NCBI GenBank assembly: GCA_039208735.1
Contig: JBCCQY010000055.1
Span: 1-49,241 of the forward strand
From: Myxococcota bacterium
GTDB taxonomy: Bacteria; Myxococcota_A; UBA796; GCA-2862545
DNA length: 49,241 bases
Direction of reading: 5' to 3'
Both the position numbers and the translations under genes were made by a program. Within the stretch, counting starts at the first letter, position 1. Every line of letters starts with the position of its first letter. This document shows positions 36,198-45,101 of the stretch, piece by piece. The notes under the pieces are model-generated. The model saw only the letters and a program-made list of their open reading frames with translations. It searched no databases and was not told where the DNA came from.

Positions 36198-37717
36198 GCG
36201 TGCTGGTCAGCCTCGTCTTGGCAACGGTGTCTGCCGCCGAGCCGCCCCGTCGTTTCGCTTTGGTGGTGGGGAGCAACGAGGGACTGCCGAGCGAAGCGCC
36301 TCTTCGCTATGCCGCCGCCGACGCGGATCGGTTTGCCGAGGCGTTGGTGAGGGTCGGCGATGTTCGCGCCGAGGACTTGGTGTTGTTGCGAAATCCGGAT
36401 GCGCGGTCCGTGGGGCGAGCCCTCGATGCGCTAGGCGTTCGCACTGAGCGCGTGCCCGACTCGATGGTGATCGTGTTCTACAGCGGTCATGCCTCTGCCC
36501 ATGCACTCCACATCGGAGGGACCCAGGTCGCACTGGCGCCCTTGGTCGACCGCATGGCGGCCATGGAAAGCCAGGTCGAATTGCTGGTGGTGGATGCGTG
36601 TGGCAGCGGTTCGTTGACCCGTCGCAAGGGAGTGGTGCCCGCCGAGCCGTTCCAGATCGCGCTCGGCGAACGGCTGGACACCGAGGGAATGGCGATCCTG
36701 ACCTCATCGTCGCCGGGTGAGGATGCGCAGGAGTCCGAGCACCTCCAAGGCGGTGTCTTTACGCACCACCTGGTGACAGGGCTCCTCGGAGCGGCCGACG
36801 GTTCGGGGGATGGTCTCGTCACCCTCACCGAGGCCTTCCGGTACGGCTACGACCAAACCGTCCGCACCACGAGCGTTGCACCTGTTTTACAGCATCCAGC
36901 CTTTGATATTCGCCTGTCCGGGAAGCAGGACCTCGTGGTCGCGAGGGTCGATGACCGGGCGGGCTCCCGGCTTCGGCTGGAGTGGCCCGGCACCTGGCTC
37001 ATCCTTGGAGGGCGAAGGGGAGCTCTGGTCGCAGAGGTGGACGTTCAGGCCCCCGTCGCGTTGGCCTTGCCCCCTGGGGGGTACCTGTTGCGTCGTCGGC
37101 ACGATGGCCTGCTTTCCGAGGCGGAAGCCACCTTGGTGCGTGGTGCGGAAACGCGTCTGATGGCCACCGAGATGCGTCGTGTTTCAACCGGGGAGACGGT
37201 GCGCAAGGGCTACGACCCCGAGCGCGGCACCGCAGGAGCGATCTTGCTCGGTGCGGGGCTCGCCGGTCCCTTTGGCGTGGGAACGGGTACGGCGGCGATG
37301 GGCCAGGTCGGACTTCGTCTCGATACGCGAGCCTTGTCGTTCGGGGTGCGCATCGGGGCCGACCGACAGCGCTCGATCCAGGATGAGGTCGAGCGAAACC
37401 AACTGGCGCTCGGCGGTGCGCTCTCGGTCGTGCGATTGCAGCACCTGGTGCGCGACCGTCTCCTTGTGGGAATTGGCCTGCGGGCTGGGGTAGATGTGGT
37501 CAACCAGTGGTTCGTCACGCCCGGCCAGGCCACCCCGCGTGCGGGAGCCGTGGGGTATTTGGGGTCGGTGGTTCGAGCCGAGACGACCCTGGCCTCCCGT
37601 TGGATCATTGGGGTCCGAGCTGGGGTTGACGCACTGGCCTTCGAACGGTTGGACGAAACGCGGACGACGGTGGTGCGGCCGTTCGGAGGATTGGAAGTCG
37701 GCGCGTACGTCTGGTGA
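36194..37717 (+). CDS. Exported caspase-family (peptidase C14) protein with C-terminal outer-membrane beta-barrel-like region
   Basis: GTG 36194 overlaps the anti-sigma stop; signal-like N-terminus; RFALVVGSN...LRYA..DA; catalytic His (FYSGHA) and Cys (VDACGSG); AQES...GGVFTHHLVTGLLGAAD; alternating beta strands ending in an aromatic residue (GAYVW). Confidence 0.88.
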   Translation: MSVLVSLVLATVSAAEPPRRFALVVGSNEGLPSEAPLRYAAADADRFAEALVRVGDVRAEDLVLLRNPDARSVGRALDALGVRTERVPDSMVIVFYSGHASAHALHIGGTQVALAPLVDRMAAMESQVELLVVDACGSGSLTRRKGVVPAEPFQIALGERLDTEGMAILTSSSPGEDAQESEHLQGGVFTHHLVTGLLGAADGSGDGLVTLTEAFRYGYDQTVRTTSVAPVLQHPAFDIRLSGKQDLVVARVDDRAGSRLRLEWPGTWLILGGRRGALVAEVDVQAPVALALPPGGYLLRRRHDGLLSEAEATLVRGAETRLMATEMRRVSTGETVRKGYDPERGTAGAILLGAGLAGPFGVGTGTAAMGQVGLRLDTRALSFGVRIGADRQRSIQDEVERNQLALGGALSVVRLQHLVRDRLLVGIGLRAGVDVVNQWFVTPGQATPRAGAVGYLGSVVRAETTLASRWIIGVRAGVDALAFERLDETRTTVVRPFGGLEVGAYVW

Positions 37718-37825
37718 GCCCCGACGCGAACGGATGGGCAAATTTCACCCACCTCTGCCGTCTGGCGGCTGCGGCGGCTCCTTTTTGGATGAGGCCGATG
37801 ATGGCCCGCCCCATCCGGAGAACCG

Positions 37826-39337
37826 ATGCGACTTTTGACCACGCTGACCTTGGTGACGCTGGTGGCCTGTACCGGAGGAACCGTCGGCGAGACCCAGGAT
37901 CCGACCAACCCCACTCAGAACCCCGAACCTCCGACCACGCGTCCCTCGAACCCCACCGCCGGGCTCGGCTGGGCGGCGTGTGAGCCCCTGACCAGTTCGA
38001 TGAAGCCGGGACCGGAGTGTGCGACCTGGGACGTCCCCTTGCGATGGGCCGAAGCCGACACGGATCCGACCATTGCATTTACGGTGTACCGCTATGTGTC
38101 GGATCAGGCCGGCGACCGAGGGCAGGTTTGGCTCCTTGATGGGGGCCCGGGGGGAACGGGGGCCGGCCCAGGGGCTACCGAGGTCGTCAACCGGTTCACG
38201 GCCGAGGGATGGGATGTCTACATTCCGTCACAGCGTGGCACGTCTGGTGTGGACGAGCTGCGTTGTACCTCCCAGGACCCAGAAGCCTGCCATGCCGAAT
38301 TGGTGGACGAATGGAGCCTGGCCGGCCTGGCGGGATTCACCACCCACGAAGCGGCGCTCGACACGCAGAATGCATTGGCCGATGCGGATGATGGGCGGCC
38401 CCAGCTGCTGTTTGGGACCAGCTACGGCACCTACCTGGCCATGCGCATTCTCCAGATCGATGACGAAATTGATGGCGTCATCCTCGATAGCAGCATGACG
38501 TACGCGCCTGACATTTGGCGAGCTGGGGTCTACACCGATGATCTCATGTGGGCGTTGTTTGCGTCGTGTGCGGCCGACTCGGATTGTGCTGATCGGTTCC
38601 CTGTGCCGGTCGAAGAGGCGGTGGCGCTGGTGTCCGACCCGAACCACTGTTCAGACCTTGATGTGGAGGGACGTGGCGGAACGATCGCGCAGACGGTGAA
38701 CCTTTCGCCAGCGGTGCCCCTCGCGTTGACAAGCCGGCTCGCACGTTGCGCCCCCGAAGATGTGCAAGCCCTCGACCGACTCGGGTCGCTGTTCTCTGGC
38801 GGGCCCTCGCTCTCGTGGTACTTCGAAGGCGCCCTCAACCAGAATGTTTACCTCAACGTTGTCGCGCACGACTTTCTGCCGCCCTTCCGTGAGGAAGTCC
38901 GGGATGACGCCATTGCAGAGGCCGCCGGCCTTGCCTTTGGCAATGACAGTGCCGCGCGGACGTTCTGGCAGAACCGAGAGCAGTGGCCCGTCGTGAAGGG
39001 GTTCGTGGCCGATACGTCGGTTCCTGACGCGCCGCCCCCGGTGCTCGTGCTGCAGGGCGCGATGGACCTTCAGACCCCGGTGGCGTGGGGGGAGACCGCA
39101 GCGGACGACCTGAACGGCACGATCGTGACGTTCCCCCAGATCGGACATGGCGTGTTTCCGCAGGACAATTGCGCGCAGTCCATCTCGATGGCGTTTCTTG
39201 CCGATCCCAGTGCTCCGCTCGATACCAGCTGCGCCGATGCACTTCCGGGGCCGGACCTGACGGGAGCCGACGACCCTTACGTCGGTGGTTTCATCAACTT
39301 CGCACTTGGCCTATCGGAGCTGTGGCCGACGCTATAG
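37826..39337 (+). CDS. Alpha/beta-hydrolase lipoprotein (TAP / tripeptidyl-aminopeptidase-like)
   Basis: Lipobox LVAC; ECATWDVPL, GGPGG oxyanion loop, nucleophile GTSYGT, LQGAMDLQTP (Asp), IGHGV (His). Confidence 0.9.
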   Translation: MRLLTTLTLVTLVACTGGTVGETQDPTNPTQNPEPPTTRPSNPTAGLGWAACEPLTSSMKPGPECATWDVPLRWAEADTDPTIAFTVYRYVSDQAGDRGQVWLLDGGPGGTGAGPGATEVVNRFTAEGWDVYIPSQRGTSGVDELRCTSQDPEACHAELVDEWSLAGLAGFTTHEAALDTQNALADADDGRPQLLFGTSYGTYLAMRILQIDDEIDGVILDSSMTYAPDIWRAGVYTDDLMWALFASCAADSDCADRFPVPVEEAVALVSDPNHCSDLDVEGRGGTIAQTVNLSPAVPLALTSRLARCAPEDVQALDRLGSLFSGGPSLSWYFEGALNQNVYLNVVAHDFLPPFREEVRDDAIAEAAGLAFGNDSAARTFWQNREQWPVVKGFVADTSVPDAPPPVLVLQGAMDLQTPVAWGETAADDLNGTIVTFPQIGHGVFPQDNCAQSISMAFLADPSAPLDTSCADALPGPDLTGADDPYVGGFINFALGLSELWPTL

Positions 39338-39390
39338 TCGCTCCCCCTCGGGGTGTGCTATTTCCTGGGTTCACCGTCGTGGAGAACCGC

Positions 39391-40131
39391 ATGCGTGCAA
39401 TGCGCCTCATCGGGATGGCCGGATGGCTCTGGGGAATGGGTTGCGGTCCTCTCCACGAAGCGGATTACGTGGGCGAATCACTGTTTACCCTCGAGGGACA
39501 GGTCCGCTCAACCGGCGAAATGGAGTGGGTGCTGGGACCGGCTTCGGCCGATCTCCCCATTACCGTCGGCCTGTTTTGGGCGCGGCGCGGGTTGCCGTCG
39601 ATTCAGCAAGATGTGCGTGTATCGACGCGGTTTCCCGCTCACTATGAGCTGGAACTTCTGTTGCCGCCCCCCGAAGATGCGTTGCTCGATGTGGCATGGG
39701 CGCCCAAAGGTCCCGTCGCGATTGGGTTGCCGCTGCTCTACCTCGATGAGGACGGTGACGGCTGGCTTTCCGAAGATGAACCGTTGGTTGGAAACGCCGC
39801 AGGCATCCACGTCCTGTACGCGGAAGCGGAGGGCTTGGTGGGATCGTCGTACCGACCCGTTCCGATCCATGAAGGATTTCAACGCGTGGGGGCGGGGGAC
39901 ACCGCTTGCGAAGTCGACGGAATTCCCCGCGGTTTGTCGTTGGTCCCAAATCAGATTCCCACCGATCTGCTCGTGGGCCCTGCATTCACCCAACTCATCG
40001 ACATCGACTGCGACGGGACGTCGGATGAGTGGGACATCTGCCCGGAGGGCCCGGAACTCCAAGAGTGGTGCACGTTCGCCCGGTACGTCGGCCTGAAGCA
40101 CAGTTGCCTCGAAGAGTGTGGGTATCGCTGA
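39391..40131 (+). CDS. Hypothetical lipoprotein
   Basis: GGAG RBS before ATG 39391; MRLIGMAGWLWGMGC lipobox-like; DEDGDG Ca-binding-like motif. Confidence 0.65.
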   Translation: MRAMRLIGMAGWLWGMGCGPLHEADYVGESLFTLEGQVRSTGEMEWVLGPASADLPITVGLFWARRGLPSIQQDVRVSTRFPAHYELELLLPPPEDALLDVAWAPKGPVAIGLPLLYLDEDGDGWLSEDEPLVGNAAGIHVLYAEAEGLVGSSYRPVPIHEGFQRVGAGDTACEVDGIPRGLSLVPNQIPTDLLVGPAFTQLIDIDCDGTSDEWDICPEGPELQEWCTFARYVGLKHSCLEECGYR

Positions 40132-41557
40132 GGGACGCCTTCGACGGCTCCTTGAGCGTCCTGCCACCACCGGCGTGCGCACGCTTTACATCCGCGGACT
40201 TGCGCTGGTGCACGTCATCGCCTTCCTTTCGGTTTGGGGACAGGCGCAAGCCCTCATCGGTCACGATGGGCTGGCCCCGTTTGCGGAACTCTTCGCGGCT
40301 GCGGAAGCCCAACTGGGCCCTGAGGCACCGTGGGCCCTGCCCAGCGTCTTATGGCTTTCGCCTACGGATACCGCGTTGCATGTCGCCTGCGGGCTCGGCA
40401 CCCTGGTTGCGTTCGCGATCCTCGCCGGCGCTCCCTTCGCCGGACCACTTCTTCTCGGGCTCGCCATCCTCTATGTTTCGCTGTCCTCGGCGGGATGGGT
40501 GTTCTACAACTTCCAATGGGACACGCTGCTCGTCGAGACCACGGTCGTCGCGGCCTTCGTGGCCCCCTGGCGTCGCGATGCTCCCGAACCTCCCCTTGCC
40601 GCCTGGTTGTTGCAATGGTGGCTCCTCTTTCGGCTCATGTTCTTTGCGGGCGTGGTGAAACTGACGAGCGGAGACCCCACGTGGGCTAACTTCACGGCAT
40701 TAGACGTTCACTTTTGGACGCAGCCGCTTCCCAATCCGCTCAGTCGCTTGGCCCACTTTGCGCCCGGGTGGCTGCATGCCGTGGGAGTAGGCGGCACATT
40801 TGTCGTTGAACTTGGCCTTCCCTTCTTGATCCTGGCCGGCCGACATGCCCGATGGGTCGCGTTTGTTGGATTCACCGGGTTGATGCTTGGCCTTACGGTG
40901 ACGGGCAACTATGGCTTCTTTCAACTGCTTTCGATCGTCTTGGCGCTTACCCTTCTCGATGACGAGCATCTCGCCTGGTTCGGCTGTCGTCCCCGTCCCA
41001 TGCCACCTCGGCCGCCGTTTGGCCGCACTGCAGCAATCACGGCCGGAGTGGCGCTGTTCACGTTGTCCGTCCTCCAGCTGGTGCCTGCCTCGCGGCGACC
41101 CGAGGTGGGGCAACAGGCGCTCCAGGTGGTTCGCCCGTTTCGAATCGTCAATCGCTACGGATTGTTCGCCAATATGACCACCGACCGCCCGGAGGTCATT
41201 TTTGAAGGCAGTACCGACCAAGGGGCGACTTGGACCGAGCTTCCGTTGCGCTACAAACCGGGTCCGCTCGATCGGGTGCCTCCGCAAGTGGCGCCGCACA
41301 TGCCGAGGCTCGATTGGCAGCTCTGGTTTGCCGCCCTTGGAGATTGCCGACGCCATCCTTGGGTGGTGCGCCTCATGCGTGAGGTCGCGAACGGTAACCC
41401 TCGAATGGACGGCTTCTTTCGGCCCGGAACCTTCGACGAAGGGCGCCCCGCGTGGGTCCGGGCGGTTCGGTATCGCTACACGTTTGCGCCGTTTGGCGAA
41501 GGCCGCGTTTGGAATCGGGTCCGGCTCGGACCGTACTGCCAGGGGGTGGTTCGTTAG
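40118..41557 (+). CDS. Lipase maturation factor (LMF1) family membrane protein
   Basis: FQWDTLLVET, FRLMFFAGVVKL, HFWTQPLPNP, TGNYGFF, YGLFANMT..RPE, YKPG, APHMPRLDWQLWFAAL. Confidence 0.92.
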   Translation: MGIAEGRLRRLLERPATTGVRTLYIRGLALVHVIAFLSVWGQAQALIGHDGLAPFAELFAAAEAQLGPEAPWALPSVLWLSPTDTALHVACGLGTLVAFAILAGAPFAGPLLLGLAILYVSLSSAGWVFYNFQWDTLLVETTVVAAFVAPWRRDAPEPPLAAWLLQWWLLFRLMFFAGVVKLTSGDPTWANFTALDVHFWTQPLPNPLSRLAHFAPGWLHAVGVGGTFVVELGLPFLILAGRHARWVAFVGFTGLMLGLTVTGNYGFFQLLSIVLALTLLDDEHLAWFGCRPRPMPPRPPFGRTAAITAGVALFTLSVLQLVPASRRPEVGQQALQVVRPFRIVNRYGLFANMTTDRPEVIFEGSTDQGATWTELPLRYKPGPLDRVPPQVAPHMPRLDWQLWFAALGDCRRHPWVVRLMREVANGNPRMDGFFRPGTFDEGRPAWVRAVRYRYTFAPFGEGRVWNRVRLGPYCQGVVR

Positions 41558-42087
41558 CGACGTCGGGGGCGGGAGCCGGCCGGGACCACCGTGCGGTCCG
41601 GCAGGCGAGTCCCATCGGGAACCACTGCCCCGGGGCCAATTCGCACATCATGGCCGAGCTGGACGCCACGGCCCACGGTGGCGTTGGCTCCGATCTGGAC
41701 GCGATCGCCGATCCGGGTATGGGCGCCGACCCGCGCATCACGAGCGATGACCGCCTCATGGCCGACCGTCACGCCTTGTCCCACCCGGGCTCGGGCTCCG
41801 ACGAAGGCCCGGTCCCGCACGTCGGCATTGGGTCCGAGGATCGCGTTGGTGCCGACCTGCGTGTCATGGCCCACGCGTGCCGAAGGACCTACGGATGCAC
41901 CGGCCTGCACGAACGCTCGATCGCGAATCTCGGCGTAGGCACCTACCCGCACGCCGCGGCCCACAAAGGCCTCCCGGGCAATCCGAGCCGTGGGATGCAC
42001 GCCGGTCACTTGTACGGCGCGAGGACGTGGCGGTTGCGCGTCCACCGGGGCTTCAAAGGAAGCAAGCAGGAACAGCAGCTGGAACAT
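41554..42087 (-). CDS. Hexapeptide-repeat (left-handed beta-helix) protein with hydrophobic N-terminus
   Basis: Continuous [IV]GxxAx hexapeptides (VGRGVR VGAYAE ... IGPGAV). ATG 42087 after GGGAG RBS. Confidence 0.8.
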   Translation of the reverse strand: MFQLLFLLASFEAPVDAQPPRPRAVQVTGVHPTARIAREAFVGRGVRVGAYAEIRDRAFVQAGASVGPSARVGHDTQVGTNAILGPNADVRDRAFVGARARVGQGVTVGHEAVIARDARVGAHTRIGDRVQIGANATVGRGVQLGHDVRIGPGAVVPDGTRLPDRTVVPAGSRPRRR

Positions 42088-42164
42088 GGGTCTCCCAGGG
42101 AGATGTCGAGGCTGGGACGGCAGGCAGCCCAGGTTCATTCATCGATGGGCGAGTAACGCACGTC

Positions 42165-42914
42165 TCACGCCGTTTGAGGCTTGATGATCGTGAACATGGC
42201 TCCCGTGGGGTCCGAGCACACGGCAATCGGGCCCTGAGCCGTGTCGAAAGGTCCGTGGTGCACCTTGCCTCCATTGGCCTTCACGACTTCGGCCGAGGCA
42301 GGCACGTCTTCCACCGAAAAGTAGGTCATCCAATGCGGTGGAATGCCCTCCCACGCTTCGGTCATTTGCAGCACGCCATACCGTGGTGAATCGTCGTGAA
42401 GTGTGTAGTAGTGCATGCCTTCGAGGCGCTGGGCGGTCAGGCCAAACACGTCGACAAAGAAGTCGCGGACCGTTTCGCTTTTTGGCGTATTCACCTCGAA
42501 CCAGCAAGGGGCTCCCGGGGGGCCGACGGAGTCGAAGCCTCGGTGCGCGAGCGGCTGCCACAGTCCCACGACGGCCCCGGTGGGATCTGAGACCACCGCC
42601 ATGTGGCCTTGGGACGGGACTTCAAACGGGGCGGTGAGCACCTGGCCGCCTTTGGCCGTCCAGTCAGCCACGGTCTTCGCGATGTCTTCGGTGGCCAGGT
42701 ACACCGTCCACACACTCGGCATCTCGTTGCCTGCGGGAGGCTTGCCAATTCCCGCCACGGTGCCTGCCTCGATGTGGCACATGGCGTAGCCGCCATATTC
42801 TTCGGGCTGGATCTGATAGGTCCACCCCAACACCTTCGTGTAGAAGTTCCGTGCGACTTCAGGGTCCGGGGTCATCAAGTCCACCCAGCAGGGGGTTCCG
42901 ACCGTTTTCTTCAT
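42165..42914 (-). CDS. VOC/glyoxalase family protein (two-domain, Cfp30B-like)
   Basis: GTPCWVDLMTPD...FYTKVLGW; WTVYLAT; DPTGAVVGLWQ; second repeat GAPCWFEV...HWMTYFSV...DPTGA. GGAGG RBS before ATG 42914. Confidence 0.92.
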   Translation of the reverse strand: MKKTVGTPCWVDLMTPDPEVARNFYTKVLGWTYQIQPEEYGGYAMCHIEAGTVAGIGKPPAGNEMPSVWTVYLATEDIAKTVADWTAKGGQVLTAPFEVPSQGHMAVVSDPTGAVVGLWQPLAHRGFDSVGPPGAPCWFEVNTPKSETVRDFFVDVFGLTAQRLEGMHYYTLHDDSPRYGVLQMTEAWEGIPPHWMTYFSVEDVPASAEVVKANGGKVHHGPFDTAQGPIAVCSDPTGAMFTIIKPQTA

Positions 42915-42965
42915 CACGACCTCCAACAACAGCATTTCGCGTTTTCGGTAGCCGCGCTCTTCAGT

Positions 42966-45101
42966 TCAGTCCCAAGGCTCGAGGAGGTGGCTAAACATCA
43001 GGGAGGGAGCGACCTCGAAGCCTCCATTGTCGAGGTCGGTGACCAACCGCGCCTCGAGATGGACTGCGAGTCGACGACGCCAGGTCAGGGTCGCCGAAAG
43101 GCCACCGTCGGAGCGCCACCACGTTCGCTGGGGTTGCCGGAGGTCTGGGACCACGGTGCCCGCCTCGATGAACGGCGTGACGTAGAGCCCGACATGTTGG
43201 GCCAGTCCGTGGTACTCGCCGACCCACCAGCGAACGCCCGCGCGGGCGCGCACGGGTGCCACCCCTCGCATGAGGGCGACCGGTTGGCCCCGCAGGAGCT
43301 GCCAGGACCCCACGTTGGGGGAGAACCGAGGCCGGTGGTAATGGCCGAGCCAAAACGGCACGTCGCCTTGCCGTACGCCCGCCGCAAGGTCGGTGAGGAT
43401 CGACAAGGCATCGCGGCCGACGCGGGTGCGAAGCAATGGCCACGAACGGCGGTCACGGAACCAGGCCCCCACATGGGGCGTGCCCGCCTCGAGCCCACCG
43501 CCTTCGGAGACTCCGGCATACACCGTCAGCTCGCTGGCGCCGCCTCGCATGGGCTGGGGCACCGTCGTCGGGGTGCGCCGGAAGAGCGACAGGCTTAGCC
43601 GGCCCACAGTCCCCGCGGGAACTGAACGATCTTCGGTCTCCCAGCCGGAAATGCTGCTCAGCGACACGCGTAGCCCGCCCCGGGCCGACGCGCCGGTTCG
43701 TTCCATGTCGGCCCGAAGGACAAGCGTGGTCAGATCAAAGGTCTCGGTGGCCTCGCCGGGCACGGCTTCGATGAGCGCGGCGTCGCTAAACCGTGGTGCA
43801 CCTTCCCACCATTCGGTGCCTACGGCCGCGAGGACACCCCAGGGCTTGCCAGGGACCGCGATCTGCCTCCAATCCAGCGCGAACCTCGACACATTTTCGG
43901 GAGTGTCGCGTCGGTCAAACACGCCAAACGTGAAGTCTAAGGTGCCCTGCTCGATCAGAACGCTGACCTGGCGTCGGGCCTTGTAGGCATCGACCTTGGG
44001 TAGCGACACGGCGAACTGAAGTCCGGCACTTCCGCCCAGCCAGGGCCGCACCGTCGCAAAGGGCAGGAAGCGGGCGTAGCCGCGGCGTAGCAAGCGGCGC
44101 GTCTTGAGGCGTTGTTCCCGATCGAAGTTCTTTTCGCGACGACAGCTCGACGGGTTCCCGAGGTTACACCCCAGGTCGAACAGCTTCCGAGGTTCCAGGC
44201 CGAACGCATCGGTATCGCCGTCGAGAATGGCCTCGGCCAACGCGGCGCAGCCGGCCCCGTCGCCAAGTCCGCACGCTCGCCAGAAGTCGTCGTGGGCGGC
44301 ACGCAAGTCGATAGGTACGCCCCGTCCCTGCGCTCGGTCGAAGCCGGCTTCGGTACAACCGGTGGCGTTGCCTAGCGCACAGGCTCGCACGATGGCGGCA
44401 TGGCGCGCGCCCCGAGCCTGGGCATCGGCGGGGTCGGGCAACTCGTCGTCATCGACGATGCGATCGGCGTAGCTTGCCGCGAACCCCAAGCAGCTTTCGG
44501 CATCTCCACCGTCACAGCCCAACGACGTTCGAAAACGGAGAATTTCGGGGTCTTCTGCGGATTGGGCCCATTTTCGACACGCTCGGCCATCCCCTTGCTG
44601 ACAGGCCGGCACCAACACCGAGGCATCGCCCGTGATCGCTTCCAATGCGGTGCAAGCATGGGGATCGGTGGGGAACGGGAGGTCGCCGTCGATGCCCGTG
44701 CATCCCCGCCGAAGTCGAGACACCCGGTCCGGAGCGCCTTCGGGCGTCGCCGTGCAGGCGGGGGCGAACCCGGCGTTGCATTGGGCGGCCAGCGCTGCGT
44801 CGTCGAACCGAGGTTCAACAAAGCGATGCAGCACGTAGCAGGCGAGCGCGTCGCCGCCCTCACACACCGGTTCGAGGAAGGCCGAAAGCCGTTGTGGATC
44901 GGAGGTTCCAAACACGTTGCGCCACTGCTCGGGATCGCACGCGGGCCGCCATCCGTTTTGGCAGGCGGCCGCATAGGTCTTGGCCAGCTCTTCAGGGGTC
45001 GCGCGGTTCGAGGTCGCGTGGAACTCGTCGCGTAGCGCATGCAAGGCGGTGGTTTGGCCATCGTCGACGGCCCAAGCCACACTCGTCAGCAGCAACATCA
45101 C
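42966..45101 (-). CDS. Secreted Cys-rich Sel1-like repeat protein fused to a putative Omp85-like beta-barrel
   Basis: Signal peptide; repeated AC..G...[AG]C units; C-terminal LLRGQP...MRG...VRW...PFIEAGTV...GGLS..W pattern resembling an Omp85 barrel. Confidence 0.65.
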   Translation of the reverse strand: MMLLLTSVAWAVDDGQTTALHALRDEFHATSNRATPEELAKTYAAACQNGWRPACDPEQWRNVFGTSDPQRLSAFLEPVCEGGDALACYVLHRFVEPRFDDAALAAQCNAGFAPACTATPEGAPDRVSRLRRGCTGIDGDLPFPTDPHACTALEAITGDASVLVPACQQGDGRACRKWAQSAEDPEILRFRTSLGCDGGDAESCLGFAASYADRIVDDDELPDPADAQARGARHAAIVRACALGNATGCTEAGFDRAQGRGVPIDLRAAHDDFWRACGLGDGAGCAALAEAILDGDTDAFGLEPRKLFDLGCNLGNPSSCRREKNFDREQRLKTRRLLRRGYARFLPFATVRPWLGGSAGLQFAVSLPKVDAYKARRQVSVLIEQGTLDFTFGVFDRRDTPENVSRFALDWRQIAVPGKPWGVLAAVGTEWWEGAPRFSDAALIEAVPGEATETFDLTTLVLRADMERTGASARGGLRVSLSSISGWETEDRSVPAGTVGRLSLSLFRRTPTTVPQPMRGGASELTVYAGVSEGGGLEAGTPHVGAWFRDRRSWPLLRTRVGRDALSILTDLAAGVRQGDVPFWLGHYHRPRFSPNVGSWQLLRGQPVALMRGVAPVRARAGVRWWVGEYHGLAQHVGLYVTPFIEAGTVVPDLRQPQRTWWRSDGGLSATLTWRRRLAVHLEARLVTDLDNGGFEVAPSLMFSHLLEPWD

